Assembly: GCA_902515155.1 (NCBI GenBank)
Contig: CABXTT010000003.1
Location: 16 to 64,015, forward strand
Length of the DNA stretch: 64,000 nt
Source of the DNA: an uncultured SAR86 cluster bacterium
Lineage (GTDB): Bacteria; Pseudomonadota; Gammaproteobacteria; Magnimaribacterales; D2472
Reading direction: 5' to 3'
Part shown: positions 1-10,358 of the stretch, piece by piece
How the letters are laid out: every line of letters begins with the position of its first letter
How positions within the stretch are numbered: position 1 is the stretch's first letter
The notes under the pieces: model-generated
The model's database searches: none
Seen by the model: only the letters and a program-made list of their open reading frames with translations
What the model was told of the DNA's origin: nothing
Program-made: the position numbers and the translations under genes

Positions 1-146
1 AATCAGACTCAGGCGACGTAACACCTGTAAATGTTAAGCCTGGAGATATTGTTATTTTTGGCCAATATGGCGGAAACGAAATTAAATTAGATGGTGAAGA
101 TTATCTCATTCTTGGTGAGAGTGATATTTTCGGTATCGTTGAGTAA
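1..146 (+). CDS. groES: Co-chaperonin GroES, 3' part (truncated by window edge)
   Basis: Frame from nt 3 reads [47 protein letters not shown]; directly upstream of groEL. Confidence 0.95.
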   Translation, partial: SDSGDVTPVNVKPGDIVIFGQYGGNEIKLDGEDYLILGESDIFGIVE

Positions 147-173
147 ATTAAATTAAATAAAGGGAGTAAATAA

Positions 174-1817
<1,644 letters not shown>

Positions 1818-1832
1818 AAACCCCATTTTATT

Positions 1833-1858
1833 AAAAAGGAGCTACTTGCTCCTTTTTT
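1833..1858 (+). terminator. Intrinsic terminator of groESL
   Basis: aaaaaggagc-tactt-gctcctttttt hairpin with U tract. Confidence 0.85.
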
Positions 1859-1892
1859 CGTATAAAATATGTACCTAATTTAAGGAAAACAA

Positions 1893-2477
1893 ATGAGTAA
1901 CAAACCAAGTGAGACAGAAGTTTTAGAAGCAGTCAGAAAACTTATATTGTGGACTGGTGATAACCCAGATAGAGAAGGTCTTGTTGAAACTCCTAAAAGA
2001 GTAGCAAAGGCATATAAAGAATTTTTTTCTGGATATGATGAAGACCCATATGAAGTTCTTAACAAAACTTTTGAAGAGGTTGAAGGTTATGATGATGCAG
2101 TAATAGTGCGTGATATTAGGCTTGAATCTCATTGTGAACATCACATGGTTCCAATTGTTGGAGTTGCACACGTTGGATACATTCCAAATAACAGGGTTGT
2201 TGGCATTAGTAAGCTTGCAAGACTTGTAGATATTTTTGGAAAAAGATTGCAAACTCAAGAAACAATGACTGCTCAAATTGCAGATACTATTCAAGATGTT
2301 CTTCAACCTAAAGGCGTTGCTGTTGTAATTGATGCTAGTCACGGCTGCATGAGCACAAGAGGAATTCATAAGACTGAATCAAGCACAATAACTTCTAGAA
2401 TGCTCGGAATTTTTAGAGAAGACAACAAAGCTAGAGAAGAGTTTATTAACTTAATCAATATGCCTAAAAAGTTTTAA
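1893..2477 (+). CDS. folE: GTP cyclohydrolase I
   Basis: [32 protein letters not shown]. Confidence 0.96.
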   Translation: MSNKPSETEVLEAVRKLILWTGDNPDREGLVETPKRVAKAYKEFFSGYDEDPYEVLNKTFEEVEGYDDAVIVRDIRLESHCEHHMVPIVGVAHVGYIPNNRVVGISKLARLVDIFGKRLQTQETMTAQIADTIQDVLQPKGVAVVIDASHGCMSTRGIHKTESSTITSRMLGIFREDNKAREEFINLINMPKKF

Positions 2478-3110
2478 ATGAACGAGGAATCGATACTATC
2501 TAGTATCAATCCAAAAATACCCATTATTTTAGCCTCAGGCTCCGAAAGCAGAAAAGTAATGCTGGAAGATGCTGGCCTCAATTTTAAAGTTATAACCTCA
2601 GAGGTTAATGAGGATATTATAAAAGAAGAATTTTTACATCTTTCCTATCCAGAAAAAGTTATAAAACTAGCCTCTGCAAAAGCCTTAGAAGTAAGCAAGT
2701 CTAATCCAGATTCAATAGTTATCGGTGGAGATCAAATGTGCGTTCTTGATAACGTTTTATTTGATAAACCTGGATCGACAGAGAAAGCTATAGCTAACCT
2801 AAAACAGTTATCTGGTAAGACTCATTATCAACATAGTGGAGTTTGTCTTTTTAAAGATAGTAAATCCATATGGGAGTATTCTGAGGCAGTTGAGCTTAAT
2901 ATGCATGAATTATCAGAAGAAGAGATTATTAATTATGTAAAAATTGAAAATCCTATCAATGCAGCAGGTGCATATAAATTTGAATCCCTTGGATGTAATT
3001 TATTTTCTTCTGTAAAAGGATCCTCATATACAATTAGAGGAATGCCTCTATTACCATTATTAAAAGCTTTAAGAGACCTTGATATAATTGATTTAAAAAA
3101 TATTGTATGA
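2478..3110 (+). CDS. maf: Maf family nucleoside triphosphate pyrophosphatase
   Basis: IILASGSESR, IGGDQ, KP, AGAYKFE motifs. Confidence 0.9.
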   Translation: MNEESILSSINPKIPIILASGSESRKVMLEDAGLNFKVITSEVNEDIIKEEFLHLSYPEKVIKLASAKALEVSKSNPDSIVIGGDQMCVLDNVLFDKPGSTEKAIANLKQLSGKTHYQHSGVCLFKDSKSIWEYSEAVELNMHELSEEEIINYVKIENPINAAGAYKFESLGCNLFSSVKGSSYTIRGMPLLPLLKALRDLDIIDLKNIV

Positions 3111-3559
3111 AAACATTTCAAGTAATAAAAACTTTTGGTACCGAAAGAGGATTTTCTTGTGCTTTTAGGCAGTGGAAAGCAGATTCTGATTGTAAATATA
3201 TTCATGGATACAGTTTAGGTTTTAGGTTTACTTTAGAAACTAGTGAACTTGATGACAAATCATGGGTTTATGATTTTGGAGGTTTTGGAGTCATTCAAGA
3301 ATGGATAAAAAATCACTTCGACCATACTTTAGTAATAGCAAGAGATGATCCAAAACTTAAAGAATTGGAGAGACTTGGTGAGGAGCTAGGTCTTGCAAAA
3401 ATTATTTATATGGATGAAGTTGGATGTGAAAAATTTGCTGAACTGACTCACAATTTTGCAAGCAACTTTATTGATGAGCAAACTAATCAAAGAGTAAAAT
3501 TAATATCAGTTGAAGTATTTGAACATGGTGCAAACAGTGCAGTCTTTAAAAGTATTTAA
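3107..3559 (+). CDS. queD: 6-carboxytetrahydropterin synthase (QueD/PTPS family), variant motif
   Basis: CKYIHGY, DFG, FDHT, CEKFA, VEVFE; next to folE. Confidence 0.8.
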   Translation: MKTFQVIKTFGTERGFSCAFRQWKADSDCKYIHGYSLGFRFTLETSELDDKSWVYDFGGFGVIQEWIKNHFDHTLVIARDDPKLKELERLGEELGLAKIIYMDEVGCEKFAELTHNFASNFIDEQTNQRVKLISVEVFEHGANSAVFKSI

Positions 3560-4928
3560 TACTCTTTCAGGAAAAAAAGAAGAGTTTAATCCTATAGATC
3601 CTTCTCATGTAAAGATATATGCTTGTGGTCCAACGGTCTATAATTACGCTCACATAGGTAATGCTCGAATGGCAGTTGTATTTGATACCTTGGTAAGACT
3701 TTTGAGATACACTTATCCAAAAGTTACTTATGTTTCTAATATTACAGATATAGACGATAAAATCATTGATGCTGCAAATGAGTTAAATCTTCCCATTAAA
3801 GAAATCACAGAAAAATATACAGATATCTATAATGAAGACATGGCTAAACTTTCAGTCATGATTCCAGATATTCAACCCAAAGCAACAGAATATATCTCTG
3901 AAATGATTGAGTTAATTCAAGATCTAATTATTAAAGAGCATGCCTATGAAAAAGAAGGACATGTTCTTTTTCATGTGCCGTCATATTTAAATTATGGAAT
4001 GCTGTCAAATGTTAATAGGGAAGGTCAGATAGCCGGAAGTAGAGTCGATGTAGCTCCTTTTAAAAAAGATCCAGCAGATTTTGTTTTATGGAAACCAAGT
4101 AATGAGAATCAACCAGGGTGGGAGTCTCCATGGGGCTTTGGGAGGCCTGGATGGCATACAGAGTGCTCAGCCATGTCAAAAAAGACACTAGGACTACCTT
4201 TTGATATTCACGGCGGTGGGAAAGATCTAACTTTCCCCCATCATGAAAATGAAATTGCACAAAGTTGTTGTTCCTCTGGAGATATTGAAAATCCTAACTC
4301 ATACGCTAATTATTGGATGCATAACGGCTTTGTAACAATTAATGGTGAGAAAATGTCTAAATCTCTCGGCAATATCATTTTGGTAAAAGACCTATCTGAA
4401 AAGTATCATGGAGAAGTAATAAGATTAGCTTTACTTTCCTCTCACTATAGACAAGGACTTGACTGGAATGACCAAGTAGCTCATCAAGCAAAAAAACTTC
4501 TTGATAAGCTTTATAAAATTCTTGAGGATCTTTCAGATACTATAAATAAAGAGTCAAAAAATATTTCACCAGATTTTATTGCATCTTTAATGGATGATCT
4601 CAATACTCCTGGTTTTTTAGCAAACCTCAATAAACTCATCAAAGATTTCGATTTAATTAAAACAGAAGAAGATAGATCAATTTTTAAATCAAAACTAATT
4701 CTATGTGGAGAAATATTAGGCATCTTACAAGAAGAGCCCTCATCTTGGTTTAATGAAGAACTTGAAAATATTGACAAAAATAAAATTGATAATCTAATTG
4801 CCACTCGTCTAAAAGCAAAAGCTAAAAAAGATTTTGTCAAAGCTGACTTAATAAGAAATGAGCTATCAAAAATGGGCATTAAAATAAAAGATACCGATTC
4901 TGGAACCGATTGGTCAATCGAATCATGA
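3525..4928 (+). CDS. cysS: Cysteine--tRNA ligase
   Basis: CGPTVY, HIGN, GRPGWHTEC, DIHGGG, KMSKS; start uncertain (ATG 3525 chosen). Confidence 0.97.
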   Translation: MVQTVQSLKVFNTLSGKKEEFNPIDPSHVKIYACGPTVYNYAHIGNARMAVVFDTLVRLLRYTYPKVTYVSNITDIDDKIIDAANELNLPIKEITEKYTDIYNEDMAKLSVMIPDIQPKATEYISEMIELIQDLIIKEHAYEKEGHVLFHVPSYLNYGMLSNVNREGQIAGSRVDVAPFKKDPADFVLWKPSNENQPGWESPWGFGRPGWHTECSAMSKKTLGLPFDIHGGGKDLTFPHHENEIAQSCCSSGDIENPNSYANYWMHNGFVTINGEKMSKSLGNIILVKDLSEKYHGEVIRLALLSSHYRQGLDWNDQVAHQAKKLLDKLYKILEDLSDTINKESKNISPDFIASLMDDLNTPGFLANLNKLIKDFDLIKTEEDRSIFKSKLILCGEILGILQEEPSSWFNEELENIDKNKIDNLIATRLKAKAKKDFVKADLIRNELSKMGIKIKDTDSGTDWSIES

Positions 4929-5509
4929 TTGAATTACCTGATTCCTACTCTGATATATCACAAACATTAGAAAGTTCTGAATTAATTCTTGCTGATGCAG
5001 TAGAAAATTCTAAAACTCTATTTCATACCTTAGTTCTATCCTCACTTGACAACGAAAAAGTTGCCTCAAGGGTAGTAGTTTTAAGAGAGTTTAATAAAAA
5101 CGAAAGATACTTACGTTTTCATACAGACGCAAGAGCTGCAAAAATTAAAGAATTTGAACTTAATAATAATGCTGCAATATTGGGATATGATCCCGAATTA
5201 AAAATTCAACTTAAACTCCAAGGCACGGTTGAAGTTAATTATGATAATGATGTTACTAAGTCTGCATGGGATGCATCTACTTCAAGGTCTAAAAAATGTT
5301 ACTCAGTTGATGGCGGATCTACAATGCATATTGAAGATCCTTCTAAATATGATTTGAAAGATGGAAATATTGAGGACGGCTATAAAAATTTTGCAGTTTT
5401 ACTTTTCAGGTTCTCTTCTCTTGAATTTTTATATTTAAAAAGTTCAGGTCACCGAAGAGCTCTTCATAACTGGGATGGTGAATATTCTTCTTCATGGCTC
5501 GTTCCTTAA
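4925..5509 (+). CDS. Pyridoxamine 5'-phosphate oxidase-like FMN-binding protein
   Basis: SRVVVLR, FHTDARAAK, LEFLYL..GHRR, C-terminal WLVP; ATG overlaps cysS stop. Confidence 0.8.
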   Translation: MIELPDSYSDISQTLESSELILADAVENSKTLFHTLVLSSLDNEKVASRVVVLREFNKNERYLRFHTDARAAKIKEFELNNNAAILGYDPELKIQLKLQGTVEVNYDNDVTKSAWDASTSRSKKCYSVDGGSTMHIEDPSKYDLKDGNIEDGYKNFAVLLFRFSSLEFLYLKSSGHRRALHNWDGEYSSSWLVP

Positions 5510-5597
5510 ACAAAGTTCATATCAATACATTTATCTATTAATAATGTACTATTAATTAATATGCATATTTATTAGGGTTTTTTAAAAGGAGAAAGGT

Positions 5598-6080
5598 ATG
5601 AAGAAATATTTATTAACAAGTCTATTAATGTTAACGACAGTATCTGTCATTGCTGATGGACATATGTCATCAGAAAAGGAAGTTTTAAAAGCACTTTCAG
5701 AATACATGGATGCAAGAAATAGTAAGGATTATAAAACTGTTGTAGCTATGTCGAGTAAGACTGGAACTTTAGACACTAACTCAGATGGAAGTTTTCACAA
5801 GCCATTAGCTACTCAGACAGAGGCTAGTTGGGCAAAAAGTGGAGATGCTGTAACTCAACATTTTTATGCTGAGGCAACTGCTATATCAGAGGATGTAGTT
5901 CATGTTAGATTTTATTCCGAAGGCATGGTTGGAAATGATGGGAGTCTTAGTGATTACAGAACAAGAGTAACTATGAATTGGGTTAAAGAATCAGGAAAAT
6001 GGGTTGTAAAAACTGCTCATTACTCACCAGCTAGTTATGGTGGCGTTCATAAAACTCAGGCTTCAGATTTTGAAGATTAA
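5598..6080 (+). CDS. Secreted NTF2/SnoaL-like (DUF4440-like) protein
   Basis: Signal peptide, C-terminal RVTMNWVKESGKWVVKTAHYS; strong SD aaggag. Confidence 0.65.
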   Translation: MKKYLLTSLLMLTTVSVIADGHMSSEKEVLKALSEYMDARNSKDYKTVVAMSSKTGTLDTNSDGSFHKPLATQTEASWAKSGDAVTQHFYAEATAISEDVVHVRFYSEGMVGNDGSLSDYRTRVTMNWVKESGKWVVKTAHYSPASYGGVHKTQASDFED

Positions 6081-6098
6081 TAATACCAATTTGCAATT

Positions 6099-6130
6099 AA
6101 AAAGAGCCGACTAAATATCGGCTTTTTTTT
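6099..6130. terminator. Bidirectional intrinsic terminator between CDS and convergent tRNA
   Basis: aaaaagagccga-ctaaata-tcggctttttttt. Confidence 0.8.
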
Positions 6131-6204
6131 GGTGCCCTCTGCAGGAATCGAACCTGCAACTAATCCTTAGGAGGGATCTGTTATATCCATTTAACTAAGA
6201 AGGC
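6130..6204 (-). tRNA. tRNA-Arg (anticodon CCU)
   Basis: Reverse complement: acceptor gccttct/agagggc, anticodon arm gatcc-ctCCTaa-ggatt, T arm gcagg-ttcgatt-cctgc, encoded CCA. Confidence 0.96.
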
Positions 6205-6245
6205 CATTTACTTTTAAAGATTTTCATAAAGATTATAATCTGCCT

Positions 6246-8075
6246 ATGAAATCTTTGTTTAGATGCATTTTTTTAATTATTTTTTGTAGTGCAGTGGCTT
6301 CGCTTGTGCAAACAAGTTTTGGAAAAGTGGAAGTCAATTCGTTCAAAATAGATACTCAAAATGGACAACATTTAGTTTTTGATTTATATAAGCCCCACTC
6401 AGCCACCAAAGATAACAAAGCACCTTTTATTGTAGTTGTTCCAGGCTTTCAAAGGTCGAAAGAGGCTTTATCAAATATCGCAATTGAATTATCAAGGAGA
6501 GGAATGGTCATTGCTCTTATTGATCCATATGCTCAAGGCCTTTCAAGCTCATCACGAAGCAGAAGATCAGCAACTACAGAAGGGTATGGAATGTTTCACT
6601 TGGTTGAGTATGCATTTTCTGGAGAATTTCTTGATTACATAGATATTAATAAAATTGCATCTACAGGTCACTCAATGGGAGGTAATGCGGCAATAAGAGG
6701 AGCAAATTATTTTGGTAAACAGGCTTCTCAAAACAATGAAGCATCCAAACTCCACTCAGTTTATGTATCTGGGTATGTATTAACTTTATTAGACGAAGTC
6801 CTTAAAGATATTCAATCTAATGTTGGTGTTAGTTATGCTCTGTATGATGAAGGAGCATTTAGAAATGAATTAACTGGCTGGGATGCTTCAAATATGAAGA
6901 TTGCTCCCGAATCACTAAGAGTAGTTAATTGGGGTATAAATAATGGAAATGAAAATTTACAAGAAGTAGAGTTAGGAAAATATTACGGATCTCTTGAGAA
7001 CAGTACATTAAGAGTTATTCATAATGAAGAGTTAATTCACCCATTTCAACCATACAACAATATTGCGACAGCAAATCAAATAGAGTATTTTGAAACAGTT
7101 TTTGGGATCAATTCATCTATTTCATCATCAAACCAGATATGGCAATGGAAAGAATTAATGACTTTAATTTCTATGATTACTGCAATGATAATGTTGATTC
7201 CGTTATCAAAAACTCTTCTTACTTTTGGAGTATTTAAATCACTTGTGAAGGAAATACCCAAAGCCCTTCCAAGGCAAAATAAAAATTCGAAAACAATTTT
7301 TTGGATAATATTTTTTTTAGGTGCTTTGATAGCATGTTTTTCTTATATACCAATGGTTGATGCTGCTAAGTACATATTTGAAGACGCTACAAATCGAAGA
7401 ATGACATGGTTTTATCCTCAACGTATGAATAACTCCGTAATGTTATGGGCTGCATTTAATGGAATAATTGGAATTATTTTATTTACATTATCTTTTCAAT
7501 TGTTTGGAAAGAAGCACGGAGCTCAATCATCATCATGGGGTTTAAAAGCTGATAGTAAATACATTCTTAAAACTATTATTTTATCCCTTCTAGTATTTAC
7601 TCTTTACTATTCATTTTTATTTCTAATCTATTATATTTTTCACGTTGATTATAGATTTTGGTTTATGGGAGTGAGAGTATTTCAGCCTGAAATGTTGCTG
7701 GTGCTAGCCATGTATGCTCCGTTATTTTTTATTTTCTTTTTTTCAAATTCATTACGAGTCAATGGAGCAATGAGAATAGAAGGTCAACCCGAATGGAAAT
7801 CTATGATGATTGCAGGAATTGCAAATTCTTTAGGCTTATTTTTAATAATTCTCATTCAGTACATAACTTTTGCAAAAACTGGAACTGTTTTTTGGACAAC
7901 AAACTGGTTAAGCGTTAATTTGTTATTCGCAATTGTACCTATGATGTTTGTTCTGCCTTACTTTAATAGGTATTTTTTTTATATGACCGGCAGAGTGTAT
8001 CTTGGACCTATGGTAACGACCTTGGTATTCATAATGATACTTTCAACTAATACAGTCGTGTATTTACCTATATAA
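6246..8075 (+). CDS. Alpha/beta hydrolase fused to a multi-pass membrane domain
   Basis: GHSMGG nucleophile elbow, VVPGFQ oxyanion region; several hydrophobic helices in C-terminal half. Confidence 0.75.
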   Translation: MKSLFRCIFLIIFCSAVASLVQTSFGKVEVNSFKIDTQNGQHLVFDLYKPHSATKDNKAPFIVVVPGFQRSKEALSNIAIELSRRGMVIALIDPYAQGLSSSSRSRRSATTEGYGMFHLVEYAFSGEFLDYIDINKIASTGHSMGGNAAIRGANYFGKQASQNNEASKLHSVYVSGYVLTLLDEVLKDIQSNVGVSYALYDEGAFRNELTGWDASNMKIAPESLRVVNWGINNGNENLQEVELGKYYGSLENSTLRVIHNEELIHPFQPYNNIATANQIEYFETVFGINSSISSSNQIWQWKELMTLISMITAMIMLIPLSKTLLTFGVFKSLVKEIPKALPRQNKNSKTIFWIIFFLGALIACFSYIPMVDAAKYIFEDATNRRMTWFYPQRMNNSVMLWAAFNGIIGIILFTLSFQLFGKKHGAQSSSWGLKADSKYILKTIILSLLVFTLYYSFLFLIYYIFHVDYRFWFMGVRVFQPEMLLVLAMYAPLFFIFFFSNSLRVNGAMRIEGQPEWKSMMIAGIANSLGLFLIILIQYITFAKTGTVFWTTNWLSVNLLFAIVPMMFVLPYFNRYFFYMTGRVYLGPMVTTLVFIMILSTNTVVYLPI

Positions 8076-8082
8076 TAGCAAC

Positions 8083-10008
8083 ATGAATATAACGCTGCCG
8101 GATGGAAGTATCCGTAAACTAGAATCAGGATCTACAGGACTAGATTTAGCAAACAGTATTGGTCCAGGGCTTGCTAAAGCAGCAATTGCTGTTGAAGTAA
8201 ATGGTTCTCAAAAAGATTTATGTGATCCAATTATGGATGACTCTGAAGTATCTATAATTACAATAGACTCTAAAGAGGGTCTTGAGATAATGCGTCATAC
8301 TCTTACCGCTCAAGTTCTTGCAAGAGCAGTTAAAAATTTATATCCAGATACTAAATTAGCTATTGGCCCAACTATTACAGATGGCTTTTATTATGACTTT
8401 GAATTCAAGAAACCTATTTCAACAGAAGATTTAGAAGATATTGAAAAAGAAATGAAAAAAGTTATTGCAACTAATTCAGCAATTACTAAATCATTGCATA
8501 CAAAAAAAGAGGCTATCAAAGTCTTCAAAAAAGAAAAGGAACCATACAAAGAATCAATTATTAAAGATTCAGATCAAGAAGACAGTTTTCAACTTTATTA
8601 TCAAGAGGACTGTAAATTTGTAGATTTATGTAGAGGTCCTCATTTACCAAATTTAAAACATATTGGATCTTTTAAGCTTACTAAGCTAGCAGGAGCATAT
8701 TGGAAAGGAGATTCAAAAAACAAAATGCTAACTAGAATCTATGGCACAGCATGGAAAAATGATAAAGATTTGAATGCATATTTGCACTCTATTGAAGAGG
8801 CTGAAAAAAGGGATCATAGAAAACTTGGCAAAGAAATGGATTTGTTTCATTTTCAAGAAGAGGCACCTGGAATGGTTTTTTGGCATCCAAACGGGTGGAC
8901 TATTTATAGAAATTTAAGAAATTTTGTCCGAAGAAGATTGCAAGAAAGTGGTTACATAGAGGTAAATACCCCTCAAGTTATTGATAGAAAGTTATGGGAG
9001 GCCTCAGGACACTGGGATAAATATCGTGAAAATATGTTTATCACTGAAATTGATGAAGAGCATGCAAATGAAAAAAGGATAAATGCACTTAAACCTATGA
9101 ATTGTCCTGGTCACGTTCAAATTTATAATCAAGGGATAAAATCATATAAAGATTTACCTTTAAAATATGCTGAATTTGGTCTGTGTCATAGGTATGAACC
9201 TTCTGGAACCATGCATGGGTTGATGAGGGTGCGTGCATTTACCCAAGATGATGGACATATTTTTTGCACTGAGAATCAAATAGAATCTGAAACTGGACTA
9301 TTTATAGAATTTTTATCAAGTTTATATGCCGATTTAGGTTTCAAAGAATTTGATATTAAATTATCTACAAGACCTGAAATGAGAGTTGGATCAGATGAAA
9401 CATGGGACAAGGCTGAAGCTGCACTTGAAGCGGCAATCAAGAATTTAGGATACCCATATAGGATTGATGAGGGAGACGGAGCATTTTATGGTCCTAAGCT
9501 AGATTTTGTCTTAACAGATGCAATTGGAAGAGAGTGGCAGTGCGGTACTTTTCAATTAGATTTCAATCTAGCAGAAAGATTAGATGCTCATTTTATTGGT
9601 GAAGACGGAAAAAAACATAATCCTGTAATGATACATAGAGCTGTATTAGGTTCTTTTGAAAGATTTATAGGCATTCTTATTGAAAATTATGCAGGAAAAC
9701 TTCCATTTTGGCTTGCACCTCAGCAAGTAGTAGTAGCTTCGATTATTTCAGAAGTTGATGATTATTCGATTGAGATTTTAGAATTACTTAAAAAACAGGG
9801 TATTAGGGCTGAAGTTGACCTAAGAAATGAAAAAATTAGCTATAAAGTAAGAGAGCATAGCTCCAAAAAAGTACCAATTATTTTAGCAATTGGTAAAAAT
9901 GAAATGAATGACAAAACTGTTTCAATTAGAAGAATAGGTAGCAAAGAAACCAATGTACTTCAATTAGACGATGCTATAAATGAAATCGTAAAATCTAACA
10001 ATTTATAG
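8083..10008 (+). CDS. thrS: Threonine--tRNA ligase
   Basis: TGS N-terminus, [27 protein letters not shown]. Confidence 0.98.
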   Translation: MNITLPDGSIRKLESGSTGLDLANSIGPGLAKAAIAVEVNGSQKDLCDPIMDDSEVSIITIDSKEGLEIMRHTLTAQVLARAVKNLYPDTKLAIGPTITDGFYYDFEFKKPISTEDLEDIEKEMKKVIATNSAITKSLHTKKEAIKVFKKEKEPYKESIIKDSDQEDSFQLYYQEDCKFVDLCRGPHLPNLKHIGSFKLTKLAGAYWKGDSKNKMLTRIYGTAWKNDKDLNAYLHSIEEAEKRDHRKLGKEMDLFHFQEEAPGMVFWHPNGWTIYRNLRNFVRRRLQESGYIEVNTPQVIDRKLWEASGHWDKYRENMFITEIDEEHANEKRINALKPMNCPGHVQIYNQGIKSYKDLPLKYAEFGLCHRYEPSGTMHGLMRVRAFTQDDGHIFCTENQIESETGLFIEFLSSLYADLGFKEFDIKLSTRPEMRVGSDETWDKAEAALEAAIKNLGYPYRIDEGDGAFYGPKLDFVLTDAIGREWQCGTFQLDFNLAERLDAHFIGEDGKKHNPVMIHRAVLGSFERFIGILIENYAGKLPFWLAPQQVVVASIISEVDDYSIEILELLKKQGIRAEVDLRNEKISYKVREHSSKKVPIILAIGKNEMNDKTVSIRRIGSKETNVLQLDDAINEIVKSNNL

Positions 10009-10013
10009 CCATT

Positions 10014-10214
10014 ATGCTTGCTAAAATATTTATTCTTCCAATTAGATTTTATCGTTATTTTATATCTCCGTTGTTTCCACCTTCATGCAGATTTCAACCG
10101 ACATGTTCGCAATATGCTATTGAATCGATAGAAAAATACGGAATTTTAAAAGGTTCATACATGTCAATTGTAAGAATATCAAAGTGCCATCCTTGGCATA
10201 CGGAAAAAAGCTAA
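10014..10214 (+). CDS. yidD: Membrane protein insertion efficiency factor YidD
   Basis: [16 protein letters not shown]...RISKCHPW. Confidence 0.9.
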   Translation: MLAKIFILPIRFYRYFISPLFPPSCRFQPTCSQYAIESIEKYGILKGSYMSIVRISKCHPWHTEKS

Positions 10215-10358
10215 GAGCCTATAAGTATAGGTATTTTATATACATTTTGTAGTAAATAATTTAATTTATATAATGTACCTATTTTCTATATATATAGTCT
10301 ATTTAATGATATAGTTTGAGGACACAAAGTTCTATAAAGCCAATAGGGGGGTTTAATT

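Noticed and set aside
1893-3559. folE + queD as a 7-deazaguanine DNA modification (dpd) system
   Set aside because: No dpdA/tgt paralog, queC, queE or nuclease in the window; neighbours are housekeeping genes.
5510-6204. Genomic island integrated at tRNA-Arg 3' end
   Set aside because: No integrase seen, and I found no duplicated tRNA 3' end by eye.
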